Positions 27,201 to 40,519 of a DNA stretch of 64,000 nt are shown here, in pieces. The notes below the pieces were generated by a model, which worked only from the letters and a program-made list of their open reading frames with translations, did not search any database and was not told the DNA's origin. Position 1 is the stretch's first letter. Every line of letters starts with the position of its first letter. Position numbers and translations under genes: made by a program. Origin of the DNA: Mobula hypostoma (Eukaryota); contig NC_086100.1 in assembly GCF_963921235.1 (NCBI RefSeq), positions 201,688,001-201,752,000 on the forward strand, written 5' to 3'.

Positions 27201-28933
27201 AAATCCCCACAACTACCCTGTTATTATTATACCTTTCCAGAATCTGTCTCCCTATCTGCTCCTCGATGTCCCTGTTACTATTGGGTGGTCTATAAAAAAT
27301 ACCCAGTAGAGTTATTGACCCCTTCCTTTTCCTAACTTCCACCCACAGAGACTCCGTAGACAATCCCTCCATGACTTCCTCCTTTTCTGCAGCCGTGACT
27401 CTATCTCTGATCAACAGTGCCACGCCCCCACCTCTTCTGCCTCCCTCCCTGTCCTTTCTGAAACAACTAAAGCCTGGCACTCTAAGCAACTATTCCTGCC
27501 CCTGAGCCACCCAAGTCTCTGTAATGGCCACAGCATCATAGTTCTAAGTACTGATCCATGCTCTAAGCTCATCCTCTTTGTTCATAATGCTCCTTGCATT
27601 AAAATAGACACATCTTAAACCTTCGGTCTGAGCATGTCCCTTCTCTATCACCTGTCTATCCTCCCTCTCACACTGTCTACAAGCTTTCTCTATTTGTGAG
27701 CCAACCACCTCTTCAGTTCAGTTCCCACCCCCCCCCCGCTATTCTAGTTTAAACTCTCCCCGATAGCCTTAGCAAACCTCCCCACCAGGATATTGATCCC
27801 CCTCGGATTTAAGTACAATCCGTCCTTTTTGTACAGGTCACACCTGCCCCAAAAGAGGTCCCAATGATCCAGAAATCTGAATCCCTGCCCCCTGCTCCAA
27901 TCTCTCAGCATGTATCCTCTACCTCACTCTATTCCTATACTCACTGTCACATGACACAGGCAGTAATCCCGAGATTACTACTTTTGAGGTCCTGCTTCTC
28001 AACTTCCTTCCTAACTCCCTGTAGTCTGCTTTCAGGACCTCCTCCCTTTTCCTACCTATGTCGTTGGTACCAATAAGTACCACAACCTCCGGCTGTTCTC
28101 CTTCCCACTTCAGGATATTATGGATGTGATCAGAAACATCCCGGACTTGGCACCTGAGAGGCAAACTACCATCCGTGTTTCTTTCTTGCGTCCACAGAAT
28201 GGCCTGTCTGACCCCCTAACTATAGAGTCCGCTGTCACTGTTGCCATCCTCTTCCTTTCCCTACCCTTCTGAGCCACAGGGCCAGACTCTGTGCCAGAGG
28301 CACGGCCACTGTTGCTCCCCCCCCGCCAACAGTACTCAAGCAGGAGTACTTATTGTTAAGAGGGACAGCCGCAGGGGTACTCTCTAGCATCTGACTCTTG
28401 CCCTTCCCTCTCCTGATTGTTACCCACCTATCTGTCTCCCAAGGCCCCGGTGTGACTACTTGCTTATAGCACTCATCTATTACCTCCTCACCCTCCCTGA
28501 CCAGACAAGGGTCATCGAGCTGCATTTCCAGTTCCCTAACGCGGTCCCTAAGGAGCTGCAGCTCGACACATCTGGTGTAGATGTGGCCGTCTGGGAGTCT
28601 CCAGGACTTCCCACATCTGACACCGAGCACAGAAAACCGGCCTCACTCACATACTTCCTGTCTGTATTCTACACAGGCAACCTACCTCACCTCGACCTGT
28701 TGTTGCCTAAGCCCCATTGAGCCAAAGCCCTCCTACTCTGTCTCCCTCTACTCATTTGCCTGCTCTATAAAGCTATCTTGTTTAAATTCTTCTCGCTGTC
28801 TTGACTGGCTGATGTCCACGTGCTTGTGCAGTCGTGCCTCGATCAAACCACTGAAGAAATAACCATCTCCTTTTAAACTCTTCTTGCTGTTCTAACTGGC
28901 TGACGTTCACGCGCTTACACAGTCGTGCTTCGA
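24226..28933 (-). mobile_element. Near full-span decayed CR1 (5'UTR repeat, ORF1, ORF2) with inverted 3' piece at 24226-24496
   Basis: ORF1 Zn-finger/coiled-coil remnant (RCVELQLLRDRVRELE), then esterase, endonuclease and RT in order on the minus strand. Confidence 0.85.
25935..26955 (-). mobile_element. Nested CR1 3' fragment of a different subfamily (259-aa ORF)
   Basis: Motifs LGPLLFTLYINDLD and KFADDTKIGG, with a (CTTATGGT) tail. Confidence 0.88.
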
Positions 28934-28934
28934 A

Positions 28935-30580
28935 ATTAAAGACATAGAGCAAAAAAAAATGAAGTAATGTCCATTCAGAAATCTGATGGTGGCGGGGAGG
29001 AAGATCCTACCCGGATCTGGGCCGTACCTTCCAAATATCCGGACCTGCCTCTCGGTTTTTTTTTTGCACTACCTCACTTTCCATTTTTCTATTTTCTATT
29101 TATGATTTATAAATTAAATTTTTAATATTTACTATCGATTTGTAATCCAGGGAGTGGAAGGTGCAGAATCAAATATCGCTGTGATGATTGTACGTTCTAG
29201 TATCAATTGTTTGGCGACAATAAAGTAAAGTATAAAGTATAAAGCTGTTCCTAACTTCAGGCTCCTATACCACCTTCCTGATGGTAGTAATGAGGAGAGG
29301 TTATGTCCCGGGTCCTGGGGGTCCTTAATGATACATGCCACCTTTATAAGGCATCTCCTTTTGAAGATGTACTTGTGTTGGAGAGGCTACTCCCCTTGAT
29401 GGAGCTGCCTGAGTTTGCAACTTCCCACAGTTTTTTCTGATCCTGTACAGTGGCCTCTCCACACCAGACAGTGATGCAACCAGTTAGAATGCTCTCCATG
29501 TTATATCTGTAGAAATCTTCGTTGACATACCATATCTCTTCAATCTCCTAATGAAATATAGCCACTGTCATGCCACCTTTACATTGAACTCATGAAAGAT
29601 TATCATAGATGTTGACACCGGGAACCTGAAACTGCTCACCCTTTCCACTGCTGATCCTTCAAACATCAAAATAAGAATCAGAATCAGGTTTATTATCACC
29701 TGCATGTGATGTGAAATTAGTTAACTTAGCAGCAGCAGTTTAATGCAATACATAATATAGAATAAATAAATTACAGTATATGTATATTGAATAGATTAGA
29801 AGTCGTGCAAAAGCAGAAATAATATATATTAAAAAAGAGAGATAGGGTTCACGGGTTCAATGTCCATTTAGGAATCGGATGGCAGAGGGGAAGAAGCTGT
29901 TCCTGAATCACTGAGTGTGTGCCTTCAGACTTCTGTACCTCCTACCTGATGGTAACAATGAGAAAAGGGCATGCCCTGGGTGCTGGAGGTCCTTAATAAT
30001 GGACTCTGCCTTTCTGAGATACCGCTCCTTGAAGAATTTCTGGGTACCTGGGTACTTTGTAGCCTAGTGCCCAAGATGGAGCCAACTAAAATTACGATCC
30101 TCTGCAGCTTCTTTTGGTCCTGTGCAGTAGCCCCCCCCCCCGCCCATACCCCCAAACCAGACAGTGATGCAGTCTGTCAGAATGCTCTCCATGATATACC
30201 TATAGAAGTTGAGTGTTTTTGTTGACATACCAAGTCTCTTCAAACTGTGAATGAAGTTTAGTCGCTGTCTTGCCTTCATAATAGCTGCATCAATATGTTG
30301 GGACCAGGTTAGGTCCTCAGATATCCTGACACCCAGGAACTTGAAACTGCTCACTCTCTCCACTTCTGATCCCTCTATGAGGATTGGTGTGTGTTCCTTC
30401 GTCTTACCCTTCCTGAAGTTCACAATCAGCTCTAACAATAGGTGTGTCATCGGCAAATTTATGGACGGCATTTGAACTGTGCCTAGCCATACAGTCATGG
30501 ATAAAGAGAAAGTAGAACGGTGTGCTAAACACACATTCTTGAGGTATGCCAGTGTTGATTGTCAGCAAGGAGGAGATGTT
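28935..30580 (-). mobile_element. Rex1/Babar-type LINE fragments, including a + strand 3' end at about 29003-29244
   Basis: Motifs ELIVNFRKGK, SFKFLGVRISEDLTWS and LPSGRWYRSL. Tails are AATAAA(GTATAAA)n (+) and (GATTCT)n (-). Confidence 0.7.
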
Positions 30581-32255
30581 GGACCATAAAACATAGGAGT
30601 AGAATTAGGCAATTCTGCCCATTGAGTCTGCTGTGCCATTCCATCATGACTGATTTATTATCCTTCTCAACCTCGTTCTCCTGCCCTTTCCCTATAATCT
30701 TGGATCTTTCCCTATAATCTCTGACAAATTAAGAGCGCATCAGCCTCTGCTTTAAATATACTTAATGACTTGGCCTCCACAGCCATCAGTGGCAATGGAT
30801 TCCACAGATTCACCAGCCTCTGGCTAAAGAAAGTTTTGTCATCCCTTTTCTAAGTGACGTCCCTCATTTCTGAGACTGTGCCCTCTGCTCCAAGACTTCC
30901 CCACTATAGGAGGCATCCACTCTTACTCAGACTTTTAATATTTGGTAAGTTTCAATGAGATCTCTTTCTCCACAGCCCCCCTCCATTCTTCTAAACACCA
31001 TAGTACAAAAATCTGAGGTGAAAAGTGACTTGAAGTCCATGCAGGATTTCTAAAGGTTGTAGTTTAAGTCTGTGAAATGCATTGTTAGCATTCATTTTGA
31101 GAGGACCAGAGTATAAAAACAAGGATGTGTTACTGATTCTGAGGCTATATAAGGCATTAGTCAGACTGCACCTGGAATATTGAAAGAAGTTTTGGCTCCC
31201 TTATCTAAGAATAGATGTGCTGACATTGGATGTGGAGAGGATGTTTCCAATAGTGGGAGTGGGGACTAGGACCAGAGGTCACAGCCTCAGAATAGAACAT
31301 AGAATAGTACAGCACAGTACAGGCCCTTCGGCCCACAATGTTGTGCCAACCCTCAAACCCTGCCTCCCATATAAGCCCCCACCTTAAATTCCTCCATATA
31401 CCTGTCTAGTAGTCTCTTAAACTTCACTAGTGTATCTACCTCCACCACTGACTCAGGCAGTGCATTCCACGCACCAACCACTCTCTGAGTAAAAAACCTT
31501 CCTCTAATATCCCCCTTGAACTTCCCACCCCTTGCCTTAAAGCCATGTCCTCTTGTATTGAGCAGTGGTGTCCTGGGGAAGAGGCGCTGGCTATCCACTC
31601 TATCTATTCCTCTTATTATCTTGTACCTCTGTTATGTCTCCTCTCATCCTCCTTCTCTCCAAAGAGTAAAGCCCTAGCTCCCTTAATCTCTGATCGTAAT
31701 GCATACTCTCTAAACCAGGCAGCATCCTGGTAAATCTCCTCTGTACCCTTCCCAATGCTTCCACATCCTTCCTATAGTGAGGTGACCAGAACTGGACACA
31801 GTCTATAGTGAGGTGACCAGAACAGAACAGAGGGGCATCCACTGAGAACAGAGATGAAAAGGAATTTCTTTAGCCAGGGAGTACTGAATCTGTGGAATTC
31901 TTTGCCAAAGATGGCTGCGGAGACCAAGTCATTGAGTATATTTAAAGCAGAAGTTGATTCGTTCCGCTTGATTAACGGAAGGTTCTTGACTAGTTGGGGC
32001 ATCAAAGGTTATGGGGAGAAGGCAGGAGAATGGGGTTGAGAAGGATAATAAATCAGTCAAGATATAATGGTGGAGCATCTTGATGGGCTGAATGACCTGA
32101 TTGTGCTCCTATGCCTTATGTTCTTATTATAGGAAGGATGTCAAAGTTGTGGAAAGGGTGCAAGAGAGATTTACTAGAATGCTGCCTGGATTAGAGACCC
32201 TGAGGGACAGATTATTTTCTCTGAAGTGATGGAGGCTGAGAGGAGATCTAATAGA
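30580..32255. mobile_element. Mixed-orientation CR1 3' fragments
   Basis: Motifs FFTQRVVGAWNALP (-) and FFSQGVLNLWNSLP (+), with CR1 tails. Confidence 0.8.
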
Positions 32256-32588
32256 GTTTATACGGTTAGCACAACACTATTATAGCACCAGAGTTTATAC
32301 ATTCTCCCCGTGACCGCATGGGTTTCCTCTGGGGCGGGCAAGAAATGGCCAAGTTCCAAAAAAGGAATAAATAAAAGAAAAACGAGAACACACATTGACT
32401 CCACGATAAAACCTGAATGTACGGTATCTGTAGATAAAATGTCAACGTATATCATTGCAATTAAAATTAATTCATGGTAGTGCTGCAAGCAGCAGCCAAT
32501 TCTTTAACTTAATTCCCAGGTCAATTTTGCAGTCTTGTTGTTTTGTTTTGTTGCTCCTTATCTCTCTGTTTTCTTTTCTCTTTAACAG

Positions 32589-34332
32589 TTACAACCATCT
32601 CCAAGCACCTTGTCCAAGTCTGGAGATGGTGACAGACATTGTGAAAAGCAGCTTGAATGGCCGTTTTGTCTACAGTGCAGCCTCTACAAGCAGGCGCTAC
32701 TACATCGGTGTGGACAGTTACAGACCACCCCCGAAACAAGATGGGAGCACCACATCAAGCGAACTCCTGGTTCATCAAGTGACAGTGCAAGTTCCCTTTG
32801 AGGTTGAAGTCCTGTTTGAATCAGCAAGTTTTACACAACGATCAAATCAATTTTCTGGTGAGGTTTTCTCAAATGAACTTGAAAGGTGGAAGCAATCATT
32901 TGACGAAAAATTTGACAGCACTTTTCACTTGTCAAATAAAGGCTTTTCTCTGCAACAAATTAAATTTGCTAAAGCAGTTTTCAGTAATACAATTGGTGGA
33001 ATGGGATATTTCTATGGTCAGTCATATGTTCAATCCAAATACAATGAGTACCCTTTGCCTTACCTGGAGGGCCCACTCTACACTGCAGTTCCATCCCGGT
33101 CATTTTTCCCCCGGGGATTTCTTTGGGATGAAGGATTCCATCAACTCCTGATTAGTAAATGGGACCGGTCTATTAGTAAGGAAGTGATTGGACATTGGTT
33201 AGATATGATGAACGTAGAAGGTTGGATACCCAGAGAGCAAATCCTGGACAATGAAGCACGGAGTAAAGTGCCAGCAGAGTTCATTGTACAGAGAAATGAA
33301 AATGCCAACCCTCCTACGCTCTTCCTGACATTGCAAAAGCTAATAGAAGATTTAAATGGAAAGTTGACTGAAGAAGACAAGTCCTACTTGAAGAAGCTCT
33401 TCCCGCGTTTGAAGACTTGGTATGATTGGTACAATTCAACACAGGTTGGACCTCTACCATCGACTTATCGGTGGAGAGGCCGTGACACTGACACCAATCT
33501 GTTCCTCAATCCTAAAACTCTGACCTCTGGACTTGATGATTACCCTCGAGCTTCTCACCCTTCTGAGGATGAACGTCATGTGGACCTCCGCTGCTGGATG
33601 ACATTGGCATCAAAGGTCATGAGGGATATCGCCAAAATCCTCAGTTTACCACATCAGGAGTATCAGGACATGTATGAAACCTTGAGTGACAACACTCTGC
33701 TTCAACAACTGCACTGGTCTGAGGATCTGAAGGCATTCTGTGATTATGGGAATCATTCTCAGTCCATTTTTCTGGAGCGAGAGAAGATCTATGTACCCCC
33801 TGGTCAGCCTCGACAAACTGGCCACGCAGCCAGGCTTGTACGCTCCGTTCGGAAACAGCCAAAGCTGCAGTATGTGAATGCATTCGGTTACGTAAGTCTG
33901 TTCCCGTTCCTGCTACATATCTTGAAACCTGATTCTCCAAAGCTTCAGCACGTCTTAAAGGATATAAAGGATGATGAGAAGCTCTGGACCCCTTATGGCC
34001 TACGCTCACTTTCAAAATCTAGCCCTCTCTACTTGAAACGGAACACTGAATATGACCCACCTTATTGGCGGGGGCCTATTTGGATTAATTTGAACTACCT
34101 TGTAGTTCGAGCACTATATTACTACTCCACTCAAACTGGACCATATCAGGAAATGGCAGCAGCACTCTATCAGGAGCTGAGGACTAACCTCATATCGAAT
34201 CTGTATAAGCAGTATGTACAGACTGGTTACCTGTGGGAGCAATATAATGATAGTACTGGCAGAGGGCAGGGTAGTCACCCCTTTACTGGTTGGTCTTCCC
34301 TTGTAGTTCTGATAATGGCTGAGCAATATTAA
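32589..34332 (+). CDS. MOGS: MOGS final coding exon (GH63 catalytic domain)
   Basis: Polypyrimidine tract and acceptor tttaacag|T complete AG+T=Ser in frame. Contains TAVPSRSFFPRGFLWDEGFH, GWIPREQIL, TLTSGLDDYPR, ERHVDLRCW, YWRGPIW, LWEQY and the terminal MAEQY*. Confidence 0.98.
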
Positions 34333-35249
34333 ACTTCCTACCACTCGCATCCTGTATAAAGGTTTCAGAGGGATTATTTGCTATTAAATATTTCATTATT
34401 TCAATGATTGATTCAGTTATGGTTAAACTCCCCAGCATCCTAATCAGAGAGAAATTCAACCTGCAGGTATTACATGATATTAGCATAAGAGCAGGCATTG
34501 ACAAGTTTAGTAGTACATCAACCAAACTCTGTGTACACAGTGACTGCTACATTTTCAGGGATTTTTTTTTTCAGGCTGTGAAAGCATTAGTTTCCCTTAA
34601 GAAATATTAATTAGGAGCCTGTGTATGTTTAATATCCCATGGAGAATCAGCATTCAACAAAATAGGTAGCAGCTATAGTCCATGCAGGTTTCACTGGACA
34701 ACAGCCACAACTTTTAAAAATACTTCCTGTATCATGGTCTGCTGTTGACCCTTCAAACTTAGTGTGAGCTGTTGTTGGTCCACAGTTCACCTCCTCATAC
34801 CCTGTATCCTCCATTCCATCCAGCAGCATTCACAGTGAACCTCATCCTCCCACTTCTCAGTCTTCACTAAAAAGTAAATTAAAGGTGAAGATTTGTAATT
34901 GTCTACCAAAATACTCGTCTATAAGATTTAACATCATAGCACCTTTTCTATTCAGCTGAATGTTGGTGTATTCAAATCTCAAGGAGCCAGAAGTATGTAG
35001 AGTCCTGTTTGATGTATTCAAACGAGTGAATCTATACAACCTCAGCATGGGATTTAATAGGGCTCTGCATTTCTTCCACTGTTAACAGACCAATTTTTCT
35101 ATATTTAATTGTACTAGAATCTGAAAGGCTGGACCAATATGTATCACAATAACTGGGCTTTTTTAGGAAGACTTTGGAATTTGCTGTTCAATTCCTTCCA
35201 GTGCCTCATGGACCCATTGCTGGTTCTCTCATTTTGTGTGGCATTTGTA

Positions 35250-35276
35250 AATAAATAAATTGATATGTTAAATAAA
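35250..35276 (+). promoter_or_regulatory. Candidate MOGS polyadenylation signals
   Basis: AATAAA at 35250, 35254 and 35271; a distal AATAAA lies at 37003. Confidence 0.5.
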
Positions 35277-37220
35277 TCAATTTGTGGCAACTTCAACACA
35301 AATAGTCAAAAATATAAGATGTGTACCTCTTTATAGGAACCAAATATGCATTAAACTTAAAATTGTCATGGTTACCTCAGACAAAGTTTCATTTTATAAA
35401 GATTATAACAGAAACTGAAAATGCATTTGTCCATTTGATTCTGGTCTATGCATGTTTTCTTGTCATTCATTCCATTCCCATTCCTCCCATTCTTTCCTCA
35501 TCCCCCTATATTTTCCTGCTTTGACTGCTGTTGTGAAGACTTGCTGATTCTGGTTTGCTTGCCTGACAAATTGGCTATTTATTTGTTACCTAAACTGAGA
35601 GTGGCTTGTGGAAAAGAAATTTATCACAAGGGAGAGTCATGATGTAAAGATGCAGTGAAAGTTAAGTTTCATCATTGGCTTCAAATGGAACAGATCCCTT
35701 CATAATCACATCTCCTATCAATCTTCTAGTTATTTGAGAAAAGAGTCAATGTTCCATTAGCTATTTTGATGTACTTATTAAGTTTTGCATATATACAGTA
35801 TCTAGTCAGGTTCAATGTTTGCTCCTCTGCAATTTCCAATCTTTTGCTTTTCCAAAAGAAAGTTTCTGATTGCTTTTTCTTGGATCTGAATGTGATCCGG
35901 TAGGATGGCTTGGAGCTGCTGTAGAAACCAAATATTCCAAAGCATAGCTCACAGCTCCAGAGACTTTCATTCAGTCGCAGGCGTCAGTGCTGTTTCCCCC
36001 TGACTGCATGGGTTCTCCAATCTACTCTGTTTTCCCCCTCCACAGATGTGTTGGACACCATAAACATGATATTTCTGTCAGTGAGCCTTAGGAGATTCCA
36101 GGGGATTATTGAGCATGTGAGAGAAACTGTTACAGGAAATATGGAGCAATTAAGTGCCAGCATAGACTTGATGGTAGAATGATTTCCGATGTCGATGTCA
36201 TAAGGACTTATGGAATATGAGAACAAAGTCATCTGCTGTTCAGTAATATATCTTTACTCTCGTACAAAATGGTAGGACACAGACTTCTTATATTTAGGTC
36301 ATTTCTAAACAGGCTGTAAATGTTTCAGGTATTTTTAGATATAACAGGACCTTGAATATTCAAATCTTATTCCAATGTTTTCATCGATTCATGAAAATCT
36401 TGCTATCTCCTGTAGTTGCATCAGTATTATTGGTGTCAGTAATTGAAAAGAAAATCATTTGCACCAACGTCTTGTGCTGTGCATAAATAATTATTTGACT
36501 GTCTATATATATGTCGTTGAACTTTAAAAAAAACATAGTTTAAATTAGTAAAGTTAGTGCTTGCGTCAAACTGTCTTTGCAGATCTTCACATTGCAACGT
36601 GCTCAGTATGTAAATGCATTTCTCAGGAAATTTCAGCCTAACCTGCTAGTAGTGCTGCTTCAGGGAACTGCAGGCCAACAGGCTGGATGGAATAAGGGAA
36701 ATTAATCTAATTATCTATCATTTAGTGATGTTTATAATGTTTGAAGTGTGTAATGGTTTATATGTAATCTGCCTGCATTTGTAAGCTGCAATTTGTTTTG
36801 ATCAGTGATCTGGAAAAGCCAAAATTAACAGCTCACCCAAGAGAAATTACAGCTCATTTTGGAAACCAAGTTGTAAATTGATCTACCAGAGTGGTTTTCA
36901 CAACTTTAGATAAATCCAGGTAAATGTACTTCACAAGTGGATATTCACTGAACATATCTAGGACCATATTGTACCCAGGGAGATAATGCTTGCACAGCAA
37001 TCAATAAAATCTTTCCTTCTCACAATTTTAGTTAAAAAAAAACAAAAGTTGTTAATTTTGCCTATTTATAGCAAGTGATGTATGGGAACAGACATGCCAA
37101 TTACACCCGAAATCTAAACATTCTTCCTTGTCTATCTAGTCCAATTCTATGCATTCCGCTTGTTGATAAATATTTACTGCTTGACCCGTACTGGGTATTG
37201 TTCCTTGCTAATTGATGCAT

Positions 37221-40027
37221 CCATAGAAACTATAGAAACTACAGCACAGAAACAGGCCATTTGGCCCTTCTTGGCTGTGCCAAACCATTTTCTGCCTAGT
37301 CCCACTGACCTGCACACGGACCATATCCCTCCATACACCTCCCATCCATGTATCTGTCCAATTTATTCTTAAATGTTAAAAAAGAACCCGCATTTACCAC
37401 CTCGTCTGGCAGCTCGTTCCATATTCCCACCACTCTCTGTGTGAAGAAGCCCCCCCTAATGTTCCCTTTAAACTTTTCCCCCCTCACCCTTAACCCATGT
37501 CCTCTGGGTTTTTTCTCCCCTTGCCTCAGTGGAAAAAGCCTGCTTGCATTCACTCTATCTATACCCATCATAATTTTATATACCTCTATCAAATCTCCCC
37601 TCATTCTTCTATGCTCCAGGGAATAAAGTCCTAACCTATTCAACCTTTCTTTCTCTGTAACTGAGTTTCTCAAGTCCCGGCAACATCCTTGTAAACCTTC
37701 TCTGCACTCTTTCAACCTTATTTATATCCTTCCTGTAATTTGGTGACCAAAACTGAACACAATACTCCAGATTTGGCCTCACCAATGCCTTATACAACCT
37801 CATCATAACATTCCAGCTCTTACACTCAATACTTCAATTAATAAAGGCCAATGTACCAAAAGCTCTCTTTACGACCCTATCTACCTGTGACGACACTTTT
37901 AGGGAATTTTGTATCTGTATTCCCAGATCCCTCTGTTCCACTGCACTCCTCAGTGCCTTACCATTAACCTTGTATGTTCTACCTTGGTTTGTCCTTCCAA
38001 CGTGCACACACTTGTCAGTATTAAACTCCATCTGCCATTTTTCCAGCTGGACCAAGTCCCTCTGCAGGCTCTGAAAACCTTCCTCACTGTCTACTACACC
38101 TCCAATCTTTGTATCATCAGCAAACTTGCTGATCCAATTTACCACATTATCATCCAGATCATTGATATAGATGACAAATAACAATGGACCCAGCACTGAT
38201 CCCTGTGGCACACCACTAGTCACAGGCCTCCACTCAGAGAAGCAATTCTCTACCACCACTCTCTGGCTTCTTCCATCGAGCCAATGTCTAATCCAATTTA
38301 CCACCTCTCCATGTATACCTAGCGACTGAATTTTCCTAACTAACCTCCCAGGACCTTGTCAAAGGCCTTACTGAAGTCCATGTAGACAATATCCACTGCC
38401 TTCCCTTCATCCACTTTCCTGGTAACCTCCTCGAAAAACTCCAACAGATTGGTCAAACATGACCTACCACGCACAAAGCCATGTTGACTCTCCCTAATAA
38501 GCCTCTGTCTATCCAAATGCTTGTAGATTCTGTCTCTTAGTACTCCCTCCAATAACTTACCTACTACTGACGTTAAACTCACCGGCCTATAATTTCCCGG
38601 ATTACTTTTTGATCCTTTTTTAAACAACGGAACAACGGAGCCACTCTCCAATCCTCCAGCACTTCACCCGTAGACAGCGACATTTTAAATATTTCTGCCA
38701 GGGCCCCTGCAATTTCAAAACTAGTCTCCTTCAAGGTCCGAGGGAACTCTCTGTCAGGTCCCGGGGATTTATCCACTTTAATTTTCCTCAAGACAGCAAG
38801 CACCTCCTCCTTTTCAATCTGTACAGTTTCCATGGCCTCACTACTTGATTCCCTCAATTCCATGGATTTCATGCCAGTTTCCTTAGTAAATACAGACGCA
38901 AAAAACCTATTTAAGATCTCCCCCATTTCCTTTGGTTCCGCACAAATCTGACCACTCTGATCTTCAAGAGGACCAATTTTATCCCTTACAATCCTTTTGC
39001 TCTTAATATACTTGTAAAAGCTCTTTGGATTATCCTTCACTTTGACTGCCAAGGCAACCTCGTCTTCTTTTAGCCCTCCTGATATATTTCTTAAGTATTT
39101 TCTTGCACTTCTTATACTCCTCAAACACCTGATTTACCCCCTGTTTCCTATACACTTCATACAACTCCCTCTTCTTCCTTATCAGAGTTGCAATATCCCT
39201 TGAGAACCAAGGTTCCTTATTCCTATTCAATTTGCCTTTAATCCTGACAGGAACATACAAACTCTGCACTCTCAAAATTTCTCCTTTGAAGGCTTCCCAC
39301 CTACCAATCACATCTTTGCCAGAGAACAACCTGTCCCAATCCACGCTTTTTAGATCCTTTCTCATTTCTTCAAATTTGGCCTTCTTCCAGTTCAGAACCT
39401 CAACCCTAGGACCAGATCTATCCTTGTCCATGATCAAATTGAAACTAATGGTGTTATGATCACTGGAACCAAAGTGCTCCCCTACACAGACTTCTGTCAC
39501 TTGCCCTAATTCGTTACCTAACAGGAGATCCAATATTGCATCCCCTCTAGTTGGTCCCTCTATATACTGATTTGGAAAACTTTCCTGAACACATTTGACA
39601 AACTCTAATTAATCTAGACCCCTAACAGTATGGGAGTCCCAATCAATGTATGGAAAATTAAAATCCCCTACCACCACAACTTTATGTTTCTTGTAGTTAC
39701 CTGCTATCTCTCTGCAGATTTGCTCTTCCAAGTCTCGTTGACTATTGGGTGGTCTGTAATACAATCCCACTAATGTGGCCATACCTTTCCTGTTTCTCAG
39801 CTCCACCCATAAGGACTCAGTAGACAAGCCGTCTAATCTGTCCTGCCTGAGCACTGCTGTAATATTTTCCCTAACAAGCAATGCTACTCATTCCTCTGCC
39901 TCGATCACATCTGAAACATCGGAACCCTGGAATATTAAGCTGCCAGTCCTGCCCCTCCTGTAGCCAAGTTTCACTAATTGCTACAACATCATAATTCCAC
40001 GTGTCAATCCACGCCCTCAACTCATCC
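37221..40027 (-). mobile_element. Young CR1 LINE, 5'-truncated, frameshifted ORF2
   Basis: Consecutive ORFs cover the endonuclease to the RT C-terminus. Near-identical to 2563-4950. Confidence 0.92.
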
Positions 40028-40121
40028 TTGCAAAATATCATTGCAAAGCATCATTGCAAAATATTCTATGTTTGAAAAGGAAATCTTGTCATCTGGTTTA
40101 TTTTTGTAAATACTGAAATCT

Positions 40122-40136
40122 CCAGCAGGGGGCAGC
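40122..40136 (+). promoter_or_regulatory. Candidate CTCF binding site
   Basis: CCAGCAGGGGGCAGC closely matches the CTCF core consensus and lies outside recognisable repeats. Confidence 0.5.
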
Positions 40137-40519
40137 CCTGACATATGTGCTGGTTAAGACGGGTCATTTGTAAGATAGGGCAGAGGTTGTTATGAGTCAA
40201 AGCTGGGTAAAGCACAAACAAGAACTGCCAGCAGCATGGGTGAGGTGTTTCAGAGGGAATGAACAGAGTTTAATAATGATTAAAATTTTTAGTTGGGCCT
40301 CATTTCGAGTATTATATCCAGTTCAGATTGCCCCTCCCCCACTACAAAAAGGATGTGACGGCTTTAGAAAATATGTAAAATAGGGTATTTGCTGTATTTA
40401 AGGGTCTTAACTGTAAGAAGAAATTGGACAAATCTGGCATGTTTTCTCCGGTGTGTCAAAGGCTGAAGAGCAACCTAATAGAGACTCATCCAGAAACTCA
40501 CGAGGCATGGAGGCATGGG

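Noticed and set aside
32455..32588. Hydrophobic N-terminus of the 625-aa ORF resembling a signal or TM segment of an intronless gene
   Set aside because: It is the intron's polypyrimidine tract read in frame; MOGS homology begins at the AG acceptor at 32588.
40028..40065. Three copies of (CA)TTGCAAA
   Set aside because: Short local tandem duplication at a CR1 junction; no spacer structure and not CRISPR-like.
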